From: a virus | Virus record (IMG/VR): IMGVR_UViG_3300034069_001263 | Coordinates: 1-63,818 of that record | Length of the DNA stretch: 63,818 nucleotides | Reading direction: 5' to 3' (one strand) | In this document: piece by piece, positions 48,784 to 57,134 of the stretch | Position numbering within the stretch: position 1 is the stretch's first letter | How the letters are laid out: each line of letters opens with the position of its first letter | The notes under the pieces: generated by a model | Told to the model about the DNA's origin: nothing | Database searches by the model: none | Seen by the model: only the letters and a program-made list of their open reading frames with translations | Position numbers and translations under genes: made by a program

Positions 48784-50516
48784 TGAAGCCCAGCTCGCGC
48801 TTCGACGACATTCTCGGCGCGCCGCTCGCCCCCGGTGGTGAGCGCGCCTTCGGTGCGTTCGAGGGCGCTGATCGTACCAATCATGCGCTTGCCCTATGGC
48901 AACCGTCACTCGGTTCGGCCGATCTCGACATCATCCCCGACATGCAGCTTGGTGACGCGCGCTCGCGCGACATGCTGAACAATGACAGCTACGTCCTTGG
49001 CGGCGCAACGCTTCGCAAGGACAACATCGTCGGGTCGCAATATGTCCTGAACGCGAAGCCCTCGTCCAGGGTGCTGTTCGGCAAGCTCGACGACGCCTGG
49101 GAGGCCGAGTTTCAGGAAGAGGTCGAAGAACTGTTCGACCTCTGCGCTGAGTCCCCCGACAATCTGTTCGACGCCTCGCGCATGAACACCTTCACGGGGC
49201 TGGTCCGCTTGGCCGTGGGGGTGCATCTGGCCGGCGGAGAGACGCTGTCCACGGTCGAGTGGGTGCAGGACGGGCGACCCTTCACCACGGCTATCCAGAT
49301 GATCGACAAGGATCGGCTGGCGACGCCGACCATGGCACCGATGGGCTACGCAGGGCCGCCGCTCGCGACGCTCAACATCCGCGCCGGTGTGGAACTCAGC
49401 CCGCAGAACGCTCCGCAAGCGTACTGGATCTCGACCCGCCACCCGAACGACTTCTTCTCGGGTTTCGGCTCGTATCCGATGTTCCCCACGTCGAAGCGGG
49501 TGCCGATCCGCAAGCCGTGGGGGCGCATCCAAGTCATCCATATCTTGGAGCAGATGCGGCCGGCGCAGACCCGCGGCATCTCCGCCATGGTATCCGCGCT
49601 CAAGGAGATGCACATCACGCGGCGGTTCCGCGACGTGACGCTGCAGAACGCCGTTGTGCAGGCGATGTATGCCGCGGCGATCACGTCCGATCGTCCCCAA
49701 GCCGAGGCCTTCCAGTTGCTTGGCGGCGGGCAGATGAACGCCGAGACGTTCCAGCAGATGCAGACAGACTACCTCGTCGGCTACATGAACACAATCAACG
49801 AGTTCGCGGGCAACGCGAAGAACCTCCAAGTCGATGGCGTACGCATCCCGTGGTTGCCGCCTGGCACCAAGCTCGACATGGTGGCGCCTGGGAAGGGCGG
49901 TCCGCTCGGCATGGAGTTCGAGCAGTCGCTGCTGCGTTACATCGCGGCGACGTTGAACGTCAGCTACGAACAGCTTTCCCGCGATTACACGAACACGAAC
50001 TACTCCTCTGCGCGTGCCGCCATGGCGGAGACGTGGAAGGCGATGTCGTCGCTGAAGAAGCTGATCGCCGATCGGTTCGCGACTATCGTCTACCGGCTCT
50101 GGCTGGAAGAGCAGATCAACAACAACCGCATTACGACGTTGCCCGCCAAGCGCGCGCAGCCGCTCATCTATTCGGGCGGCGTGCTGGGACTCGGTTTCGA
50201 CGCATTGACGCGGTGCGACTGGATCGGGGCTTCTCGCGGTCAGATCGACGAGCTGAAGGAGACGCAGGCTGCGGTGCTGCGCATCAACAACGGCCTGTCC
50301 ACGCTCGAAGAGGAAATTGCCCGGCTCGGCGGGGACTGGCGGAAGAAGCTGCGTCAGCGGGCGCGTGAATTGGTGCTCGTAAAGGCGCTCGAAGAGGCGA
50401 ATGATATCACGATCCTCAACGCCACCGACACGACCGGCATGGAGAACGCCGTCGAGGGCGGCGCTCAGCCGACCAACGAGCCGGCGGCCGATGGCGAAGG
50501 GAAGAAGAAAAAGTGA
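48783..50516 (+). CDS. Portal protein (lambda gpB family)
   Basis: 577 aa from ATG 48783; DARSRDMLNNDSYVLGGATLRKDNIVGS core; position between W and the protease. Confidence 0.85.
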   Translation: MKPSSRFDDILGAPLAPGGERAFGAFEGADRTNHALALWQPSLGSADLDIIPDMQLGDARSRDMLNNDSYVLGGATLRKDNIVGSQYVLNAKPSSRVLFGKLDDAWEAEFQEEVEELFDLCAESPDNLFDASRMNTFTGLVRLAVGVHLAGGETLSTVEWVQDGRPFTTAIQMIDKDRLATPTMAPMGYAGPPLATLNIRAGVELSPQNAPQAYWISTRHPNDFFSGFGSYPMFPTSKRVPIRKPWGRIQVIHILEQMRPAQTRGISAMVSALKEMHITRRFRDVTLQNAVVQAMYAAAITSDRPQAEAFQLLGGGQMNAETFQQMQTDYLVGYMNTINEFAGNAKNLQVDGVRIPWLPPGTKLDMVAPGKGGPLGMEFEQSLLRYIAATLNVSYEQLSRDYTNTNYSSARAAMAETWKAMSSLKKLIADRFATIVYRLWLEEQINNNRITTLPAKRAQPLIYSGGVLGLGFDALTRCDWIGASRGQIDELKETQAAVLRINNGLSTLEEEIARLGGDWRKKLRQRARELVLVKALEEANDITILNATDTTGMENAVEGGAQPTNEPAADGEGKKKK

Positions 50517-50716
50517 GCATCCTTCAAGAAAGCCTGACTGATATCACGGTCGATCAGTTCCCTGGCTACATCAACGTCTCGCGTAATGCCGACGACGTGA
50601 CTGTGACTATCCGCAGCGCGCCAAAGGGCGATCAGGAAGCCGCGACCGCGACGCGCCAATTCACGCGATCGGAGGCCATTGGTTTCTTCGCCAGCGTGCT
50701 CCAGGTGCTGGCATGA
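50513..50716 (+). CDS. Hypothetical protein
   Basis: 67 aa; GTGA and ATGA overlaps. Confidence 0.4.
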   Translation: MSILQESLTDITVDQFPGYINVSRNADDVTVTIRSAPKGDQEAATATRQFTRSEAIGFFASVLQVLA

Positions 50717-52047
50717 GCAATCCGCTGTTCGCAGGTTTCGCTGGCGTGCCGGCGCTCGTGCATCCGGAGATGTCGGAGCGCTTCGAACTGTGCCTCCGTG
50801 AAGCCGTCGCGCATCCCGACTTCGCGCGCACCGTCACGGCCGGCGACGATGGCGACTTCTGGCCCGCGTCGGATGACGCCTGGGGGCAGCGGGTCCGCCC
50901 GTACGTGGTGAAGGACGGCATTCTCCAAATCCCGGTGAAGGGCGTCCTACTTCACAACTTCCCCTATGCGCTTGGCTCCTGGGCGACGGGCTACGATTAC
51001 ATCTGGCGCGCCTTCCAGCGTGGTTGCGGCGATTACGCGACCGGTGTCGTCAAGGGCATCGCCCTGATCGAGGACACGCCCGGCGGCATGGTGGCGGGCT
51101 GCTTCGACGCCGTGGACAAGATGGTGGCGTTGAAGGCGTCGGTCGGCGTGCCGGTGCGGGCGTTCGCCCACGAAGCTGCCTATTCGGCAGGCTATGCCAT
51201 CGCCACCGTCGCGGACAAGATCGTTGTCAGCCGCACGGGCGGCGTCGGCTCGATCGGTGTCGTGACTAGCCACATCGACATCTCCGGCGCGCTTCAGCAG
51301 GCCGGGATCAAGGTGACGTTCATCGCCAGCGACCCTTCCAAGGTCGAGGGCAACCCTACCGAGCCGCTGTCGGATGATGCCAAGGAGCGCATCCAGGCGC
51401 GGATCGACGAACTCTACGGGATCTTCGTGGCCGCCGTGTCACGGAGTCGTGGCCTGTCGCCGGACGCCATTCGGGGAGACCTGAAGGCCTACTGCTACAC
51501 CGCCACGCAGGCAACGTCGAACGGCCTGGCCGATCTGATCGGATCTCTCGACGACGAGGTGGCGGCCTTCTCGGCGAACCCGTGTGACACCCCAGACGAC
51601 CAAGGAGACGACGAAATGGCGACGGAACAGAAGGGCGTTGATCAGGCGACCCATGACAAGGCTGTGGCGGATGCGCGCACCGAGGGCCACGCGGCCGGTC
51701 TGAAGGAAGGCGGCGAGGCGGCGACGACCCGCATCGGCGCGATCCTCGGCAGCGAGGAAGCAAAGGAGCGCGGCGCGCTGGCGAATCACTTCGCTTTCAA
51801 GACCGGCATGTCGTCCGACGACGCCAAGGCGGCGCTGGCGGTGGCGCCGAAGGAGCAGAAGCCGGGCGGCGAACAGTCGCAGGGTGGCGGCTTCAACGAC
51901 GCGATGGGCAAGGACAACCCGAACGTTGGTGCTGGCCATGAGCAGCAGCAGCAGAACGGTGGCAAGCCCGACTCCGCCAGCGCCGACGATGTGCTCGCGA
52001 TCATCGGCGCGGCCGGCACGCCCGGCTTCACCATCCCGAAGAAGTAA
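50713..52047 (+). CDS. S49-family head maturation protease fused to a scaffold-like C-terminal domain (lambda gpC-like)
   Basis: IALIEDTPGGMVAGCFD...AAYSAGYAIATVADKIVVSRTGGVGSIGV; Ala/Glu/Lys/Gly-rich C-terminal 150 aa. Confidence 0.85.
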   Translation: MSNPLFAGFAGVPALVHPEMSERFELCLREAVAHPDFARTVTAGDDGDFWPASDDAWGQRVRPYVVKDGILQIPVKGVLLHNFPYALGSWATGYDYIWRAFQRGCGDYATGVVKGIALIEDTPGGMVAGCFDAVDKMVALKASVGVPVRAFAHEAAYSAGYAIATVADKIVVSRTGGVGSIGVVTSHIDISGALQQAGIKVTFIASDPSKVEGNPTEPLSDDAKERIQARIDELYGIFVAAVSRSRGLSPDAIRGDLKAYCYTATQATSNGLADLIGSLDDEVAAFSANPCDTPDDQGDDEMATEQKGVDQATHDKAVADARTEGHAAGLKEGGEAATTRIGAILGSEEAKERGALANHFAFKTGMSSDDAKAALAVAPKEQKPGGEQSQGGGFNDAMGKDNPNVGAGHEQQQQNGGKPDSASADDVLAIIGAAGTPGFTIPKK

Positions 52048-52071
52048 CGCCAGGACAAGGAGAACGCCACC

Positions 52072-52527
52072 ATGGCGAACGTTGATACCACCTACAAGCC
52101 GAGCATCGTGAACCGCCCGTCCTTCGAGCAGATGGACACCTACGTGCAGTCCGATCTGACGGCGGGCGCCGAGCCGGGCCGCGAGCAGCCTGTTCGCATC
52201 ATGCTCAGTGACAACCAGAACCTGGCGAAGTTCGCGGTCGTCGGCCTCGCCGCGGACAAGCGCTTGGTCATGGCGACCTACAATGCCACCCCCGCGAACG
52301 CCATCACGCCGATCGGTGTGCTGGAGCACGCTTCGGTCTCCGGCGCGGCGAACACCACGACCATGGGCGAGGTCGTGCTGACCGGCGTCTACAACGTCGG
52401 CGACGACGACCTCGGCACGGGCAGCCCGCTCGTGTGGGACGCTTCGTTCACCACCGCAGCGCAGAAGATTGCTTCCGTGGTCGGCAACGCGCTGCTCATC
52501 TTCCGCCGCCGCAAGGTGCTTTCGTAA
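52072..52527 (+). CDS. Head decoration protein (lambda gpD-like)
   Basis: 151 aa between the protease and the major capsid gene. Confidence 0.55.
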   Translation: MANVDTTYKPSIVNRPSFEQMDTYVQSDLTAGAEPGREQPVRIMLSDNQNLAKFAVVGLAADKRLVMATYNATPANAITPIGVLEHASVSGAANTTTMGEVVLTGVYNVGDDDLGTGSPLVWDASFTTAAQKIASVVGNALLIFRRRKVLS

Positions 52528-52547
52528 ACCTAACTGCGCCCGCAGTC

Positions 52548-52562
52548 TCAACAAAAGGTTGA
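52548..52562. repeat. Palindrome copy TCAACAAAAGGTTGA
   Basis: Preceded by CAGTC; 8 nt upstream of ATG 52570. Confidence 0.75.
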
Positions 52563-52569
52563 CAGGACT

Positions 52570-53694
52570 ATGACCACCTACGCGACCCAGAACCCGTATG
52601 AACTGTGGCAGCGTTCCAAGCTGCTCGGCGTCATGCGCGCGCGCACCAAGGAGACGTTCTACTTCGGCCAGTTCTTCCCGGACTCGAACACGTTCCTCTC
52701 CGACGAGGACTATATCGACTTCGAGAAACTGCCGATCCACAGCCGGGCGCTCGCGCCTTACGTGCTGCCGAAGGGCCGCGGTCTGTCCGTCTACGACGAC
52801 AGCGCTCGCACCTACCGCTTCCGCCCCGCCAACGTGGTGGTGGAGGAGTCGGTGGACGACGACAAGGCGCTCCAGCCGCTCGCCGGCATCGACGTTTCGA
52901 TGTTGCATCCCGAACTGAACCTGCGCGACCCGATGGTGCGGCGCGCTCAGCTCAAGGCGGCGATGACCGCCGAGGCGATGCTGTCCATCTGGCGCCGGTG
53001 GGAGCACCAGCGGGCGCGCTCGATCATCGACGGCTTCCTCGACATCACCTATCTGTCGGGCGAGACCTACCACGTCGATTTCCAGCGCAACGCCAACCAG
53101 ACGGAGATCCTGACCTCCGGCAACCGCTTCGGCGACGCGGGTGTGTCGATCTTGGACAAGTTCCAGTCCATCGGCGACACGATGAACAATGCCGAGTTCG
53201 GCGGCATGTTCACCAAGGCCACCATGGGTGGCGGTGTCTGGTCCGTCCTTCGCAAGGACCCGGAGATGAAGGCGGCGATGGACGCCTATCGTCCCTATGG
53301 CGGCATCAGCCTGGAGCGCGGCCTCACCACGGGCGGCGTCGATGGCGGCAAGGTGTTCAAGGTCGGGACGATCACGGTCGGCGGCGCGGGCGGCCAGGAG
53401 ATCGAGTTGTGGGTCAACAATGAGACCTACGGCCCGCGTGGCCAGCAGACCCGCTACGTCGGCACGAACGAGATGGTGTTCACTTCGACGCCCGATGCCA
53501 TCATGGGCGTGTCCGCCTTCGGTCGGATCAAGGACATTGACGCCCAGTTCCAGGCGATCCCGATCTTCCCGAAGAATTTCGTCACCGGCGAGCGCGTCAA
53601 GGTCGAGAACATGTCGTTCGAGAGCGCACCGCTGATGGTGCCGATCAACCCGAACGCCACCTACAAGCTCACCCCGACCAACGTCGCGGGCTGA
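52570..53694 (+). CDS. Major capsid protein (lambda gpE family)
   Basis: 374 aa; N-terminal LWQRSKLLGVMRARTKETFYFGQFFP...IDFEKLPIHSRALAPYVLPKGRG pattern. Confidence 0.85.
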   Translation: MTTYATQNPYELWQRSKLLGVMRARTKETFYFGQFFPDSNTFLSDEDYIDFEKLPIHSRALAPYVLPKGRGLSVYDDSARTYRFRPANVVVEESVDDDKALQPLAGIDVSMLHPELNLRDPMVRRAQLKAAMTAEAMLSIWRRWEHQRARSIIDGFLDITYLSGETYHVDFQRNANQTEILTSGNRFGDAGVSILDKFQSIGDTMNNAEFGGMFTKATMGGGVWSVLRKDPEMKAAMDAYRPYGGISLERGLTTGGVDGGKVFKVGTITVGGAGGQEIELWVNNETYGPRGQQTRYVGTNEMVFTSTPDAIMGVSAFGRIKDIDAQFQAIPIFPKNFVTGERVKVENMSFESAPLMVPINPNATYKLTPTNVAG

Positions 53695-53702
53695 TCTTTC
53701 CC

Positions 53703-53733
53703 AAGCCGGCGGGTCAAGCCAGCCCGCCGGCTT
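53703..53733 (+). terminator. Stem-loop after the major capsid gene
   Basis: AAGCCGGCGGG/CCCGCCGGCTT; weak T-tract, so possibly an attenuator. Confidence 0.45.
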
Positions 53734-53758
53734 CCTCTCGTGAAGGAGAACCACCACC

Positions 53759-54049
53759 ATGGCCGACAAGACCGACAACGCCGCCGACGACAAGAAGGTC
53801 ACCGCGAAGGATGTGGCGCAGCCCGCCGCCGCGGCGACGCCGCCCGTGGCGGACGCCAAGACCGACATCAAGCCCGTCTTCGCGCTGCACCTCATCAACG
53901 GCAAGCAGCAGCCTGGCACGATGTTCCGGCCCAAGGATGCGCAGGAGGACTCCGATTTGCGCGCGCTCGGTGCCGTGCGTGACCTGAAGGACGCCGAAGC
54001 GGCCGTGTTCAAGCAGATGGAGGACACTTCCTCCGATCCGCTCGGCTGA
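53759..54049 (+). CDS. Hypothetical head-module protein
   Basis: 96 aa; GAAGGAGA upstream; ends DTSSDPLG. Confidence 0.45.
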   Translation: MADKTDNAADDKKVTAKDVAQPAAAATPPVADAKTDIKPVFALHLINGKQQPGTMFRPKDAQEDSDLRALGAVRDLKDAEAAVFKQMEDTSSDPLG

Positions 54050-54054
54050 TCGTC

Positions 54055-54432
54055 GTGAGCCGCGCACGAGACGCTGTGCGGCAGATGCGCCGGGACCTGC
54101 ACAAGGATCGTGCGGTCCCGGCGCTTTACCTTGCCACCCGTTCATCTGACCCGCATCCCTGCACCGTGCGCGTGTTCGAGAAGTTCGAACCGCTCGGCAC
54201 GCTGGCGAATGCAAAGGGATACGCCCAGATGCAGAGCGAGACGCCGCGTCTCGTTTTCATCGCTGATGACGCTCCGCCTGTTATCCGTCGAGGCGCTATC
54301 GTCTCCGTTGAGCCGGGTGAAGCGTATCTGATTGATACCGTTCAACCGCCGGACGACATCACCACCACCGCCACAGTGACGCGGCTTGACGCGGCCGATG
54401 CGGCGGATCTGCCGCTACCGTCCGATGGCTGA
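54055..54432 (+). CDS. Head-tail connector protein candidate
   Basis: 125 aa; position and the C-terminal pattern IRRGAIVSVEPGEAYLIDTVQPPDD resemble head-tail joining proteins. Confidence 0.5.
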   Translation: MSRARDAVRQMRRDLHKDRAVPALYLATRSSDPHPCTVRVFEKFEPLGTLANAKGYAQMQSETPRLVFIADDAPPVIRRGAIVSVEPGEAYLIDTVQPPDDITTTATVTRLDAADAADLPLPSDG

Positions 54433-55045
54433 GGATTTCGTGGTAGCGGTTGACGGGCTGTCGGCCGATCGCCCACTTGAAGCGCTTCCGGCTCGAATCG
54501 TCAACGCCGCGTTGAGGGCCGTGAACGCCACGGCTGACCGCACCTCCCCAGAGGCGCGCCGGCGCATCCGCGCACAGGTCAATTTTCAAGCGCAGTACCT
54601 TACCGGCACTGACAGCAGCGGCCAGCAGCGCCTGGGCGTATCTCAACGCGCCACCAGTGGTAGCCTCGAAGCCGTAATCACCGGGCGATCCAAGCCGACT
54701 AGCCTCGCCCGCTTCGTGCAGGGCAGTCCCGCAATCGGCAAGCCTGGCGTCACCGTCAGCGTCGCCCCAGGCTTCGCCCGCTTCATGGAGCGCGCTTTTG
54801 TGATCCGCCTGCCAGCTGGGCGCAGCGACATCGAGACGCAGAACAATCTAGGACTGGCGATCCGACTCAAACCCGGCGAGGTCGTTCACAACAAGCGCGT
54901 CATGGCTCGTTTGAGCGGCAATTTATATCTGCTCTACGGGCCGGCGGTGGATCAGGTATTCGCTACGGTTCGTGAAGATGTTGCGCCGGGAGCCGAGCAG
55001 TTTCTTGGTGACGAGTTCATGCGCCTTTGGGAGTTGAACCTGTGA
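54425..55045 (+). CDS. Neck / tail-completion protein candidate
   Basis: 206 aa from ATG 54425; structural operon position only. Confidence 0.45.
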   Translation: MAEDFVVAVDGLSADRPLEALPARIVNAALRAVNATADRTSPEARRRIRAQVNFQAQYLTGTDSSGQQRLGVSQRATSGSLEAVITGRSKPTSLARFVQGSPAIGKPGVTVSVAPGFARFMERAFVIRLPAGRSDIETQNNLGLAIRLKPGEVVHNKRVMARLSGNLYLLYGPAVDQVFATVREDVAPGAEQFLGDEFMRLWELNL

Positions 55046-55587
55046 CTGTTCCCTTTCGGCTGCTGTTGCTTCGAGCGCTCACCTCATCCCTCAAAGAGAT
55101 CGTTCCTAGCGACGGCTACACGAACGATCTTTCCGACTTTGACCCCGGCGACGGCTCGACGCAGGAACGCGTGTTCCGTGGCAGGGCTTGGTTCGGCGAC
55201 AGTGATCCCATTCCCATGGTGAGCGTGCTGGAAGCAGTTGAGCCGGGCGAAGAGCTGTTTCCATCTCCACAGGACAGCTCGCAAGCCGAGTATCTGTGGG
55301 GGCTCTTGATCCAGGGGTTCGTCAAGGACGATCCCACGCATCCCACCGATCCGGCATACTATCTGCTCCAGGACGTGCGACGCCGCCTTATCTTCGAGCG
55401 CAACCGCCGGAAAATCGGACGGCAAGGTAGCACGGACCCGTTCAGCGCTTCCACGTTCGCGCCCGATGGTTGCGCCTTGGCTGCGATGTCGATCGGAAGA
55501 GGCGTCGTGCGGCCCGCCGACGACGTTTCGGCAAAGGCGTACTTCTGGCTGCCCGTGACGCTCACCATCGTGGAAGCGCCGCTCTAG
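55042..55587 (+). CDS. Tail terminator / completion protein candidate
   Basis: 181 aa from GTG 55042 (GTGA overlap); position only. Confidence 0.45.
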   Translation: MTVPFRLLLLRALTSSLKEIVPSDGYTNDLSDFDPGDGSTQERVFRGRAWFGDSDPIPMVSVLEAVEPGEELFPSPQDSSQAEYLWGLLIQGFVKDDPTHPTDPAYYLLQDVRRRLIFERNRRKIGRQGSTDPFSASTFAPDGCALAAMSIGRGVVRPADDVSAKAYFWLPVTLTIVEAPL

Positions 55588-55601
55588 ACTTTTCCACAGT
55601 T

Positions 55602-55616
55602 TCAACATAATGTGGA
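55602..55616. repeat. Palindrome copy TCAACATAATGTGGA
   Basis: Upstream of the tail tube gene; a GAGGAG SD follows. Confidence 0.8.
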
Positions 55617-55639
55617 TGTGAGCAGAGGAGACCACCCGC

Positions 55640-56437
55640 ATGGCCGTCACGCCCGTCAACAATAACTACACCGTTGGGCGAGGCGAGACGCACCTCGCAC
55701 GGTTCGCGCCTGGCACGCAGAATCCGCTGGGCTTCCGATACATCGGCAACAACCCGGCGTTCGGCTTTACCGTCACGACGCAGGATCTCGACCACTACGG
55801 CATGGATCACGGCGTCGGCGAGATGGACTTCACCGTCCCCGTGCAGACCAACCGGGCCGGCACGTTCTCGACCGACAATGTGTCGAACGACAATCTGGCC
55901 ATGACCTTCCTCGGCACGTCGTTGATCGCCAGCGCGACGGCGGCCACGGGACTGACCGAGACGTTGCCGGACGTGATCGCCGGGCTGACCTATCAGCTCG
56001 GCATGGCGACCGCCACGCCTTACGGCCGGCGCAGCCTCGCCAATCTGGTCGTGAAGGTCGGCGGCACGACCAAGATGCCCGGCACCGATTACGTGGCGGA
56101 CCTGAAGCGCGGCGAGATTTACATCGTTCCTGCGTCGGCCGGCGGCACGATCGTCAGCGGCACCGATGACCTTGCCGTCACCTACGACCAGCTCGCGAGC
56201 AGTGTCGCTCAGGTGATTTCGGGCAGCACGCCGTTCGAAGGCGCGGTCAAGTTTGTCGCCGACAACACCTGGGGCACTAACAACGACTTCTTCATGCCGT
56301 GGGTGCGTATCACGCCGAACGGTGAGTTTGCGCTCAAGGCCGAGAACGCGCTTCAGGTGTTGTCTTTCAACATGAAGATCCTGAAGAAGCCCGGCGCCGC
56401 GGCGTTCTACATAAACGGTCAGCCGTACAGCGCCTGA
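55640..56437 (+). CDS. Major tail (tube) protein
   Basis: 265 aa; strong SD; directly precedes the chaperone pair and the tape measure. Confidence 0.6.
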   Translation: MAVTPVNNNYTVGRGETHLARFAPGTQNPLGFRYIGNNPAFGFTVTTQDLDHYGMDHGVGEMDFTVPVQTNRAGTFSTDNVSNDNLAMTFLGTSLIASATAATGLTETLPDVIAGLTYQLGMATATPYGRRSLANLVVKVGGTTKMPGTDYVADLKRGEIYIVPASAGGTIVSGTDDLAVTYDQLASSVAQVISGSTPFEGAVKFVADNTWGTNNDFFMPWVRITPNGEFALKAENALQVLSFNMKILKKPGAAAFYINGQPYSA

Positions 56438-56922
56438 TGTCCACTCTGCTCAAGTTGAAGCGGCCGATCCGCGAAGCAACCGTTCAGGCCTCGGATGACG
56501 ACTCGTTCGTCGTTCGGGGCCTGAACCCCATTCAGGTGTTCGCGTTGTACCGCCGGCACACCGGTCAGTTCGGCGACCTGTTCAAACAGGCGATGGCGTC
56601 CGAGGCGTCCCAGGCGGACATCTACGACGTTGCGACGAAGCTGGCTGCGGACGCGCCGACGCTGCTGGCGGAACTGATCGTCGTGGCGTCCGGCGGTTCT
56701 CCCGACATCGTTGACGAGTTCGACGATGCCTACGCAGTGGCTGCGGCTCTACCGTTTCCGGTGCAGGCCGACGCGCTGGCCAAGATCGGCGACTTGACCT
56801 TCACGTCGGAGATGCCGCCGGGAAAGTTCCTCGCCCTCGTCGTGAAGATGGCAAAGGCGGCGACGGGGGCGATCGGCCAGCAAGCATCGACGAGTGGCTC
56901 TGGGGCATCCGGCGCAGTCTGA
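56437..56922 (+). CDS. Tail assembly chaperone (G-like)
   Basis: 161 aa between tube and tape measure; contains the slippery heptamer. Confidence 0.65.
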   Translation: MSTLLKLKRPIREATVQASDDDSFVVRGLNPIQVFALYRRHTGQFGDLFKQAMASEASQADIYDVATKLAADAPTLLAELIVVASGGSPDIVDEFDDAYAVAAALPFPVQADALAKIGDLTFTSEMPPGKFLALVVKMAKAATGAIGQQASTSGSGASGAV

Positions 56923-57134
56923 GCCTCCTCGTCGGAGCGGGCTATGCGGAAGATGCCGTTTGGCAGTGGCCCTTGGTGCTGGTGATGGATGAGGCAGCCC
57001 TGATCGTCGAGCGCGAGAATGGACGCATTTCGACTGAGGCAATCACGCTCCGCGCTGCCGCCGCCGCCGTCATGTCGAAGGAAGGGGCTCAATACTTCGA
57101 CTCGATCATCGCCCGACTGACCGGAGAACAGTAG
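56437..57134 (+). CDS. Tail assembly chaperone frameshift product (GT-like), -1 shift at 56820-56826
   Basis: The -1 frame is open from 56715 to TAG 57132 and reads IDEWLWGIRRSLSLLVGAGYAEDAVWQWPLVLVMDEAALIVERENG... Confidence 0.55.
56820..56826 (+). promoter_or_regulatory. Programmed -1 ribosomal frameshift slippery site G GGA AAG
   Basis: Zero-frame codons CCG GGA AAG; same heptamer as the lambda G/GT site. Confidence 0.7.

Noticed and set aside
51439-54102. 887-aa ORF on the minus strand
   Set aside because: Antisense to the protease, decoration and major capsid genes, all of which have recognisable family signatures. The Arg/Gly/His-rich composition marks it as a GC-rich frame artefact.
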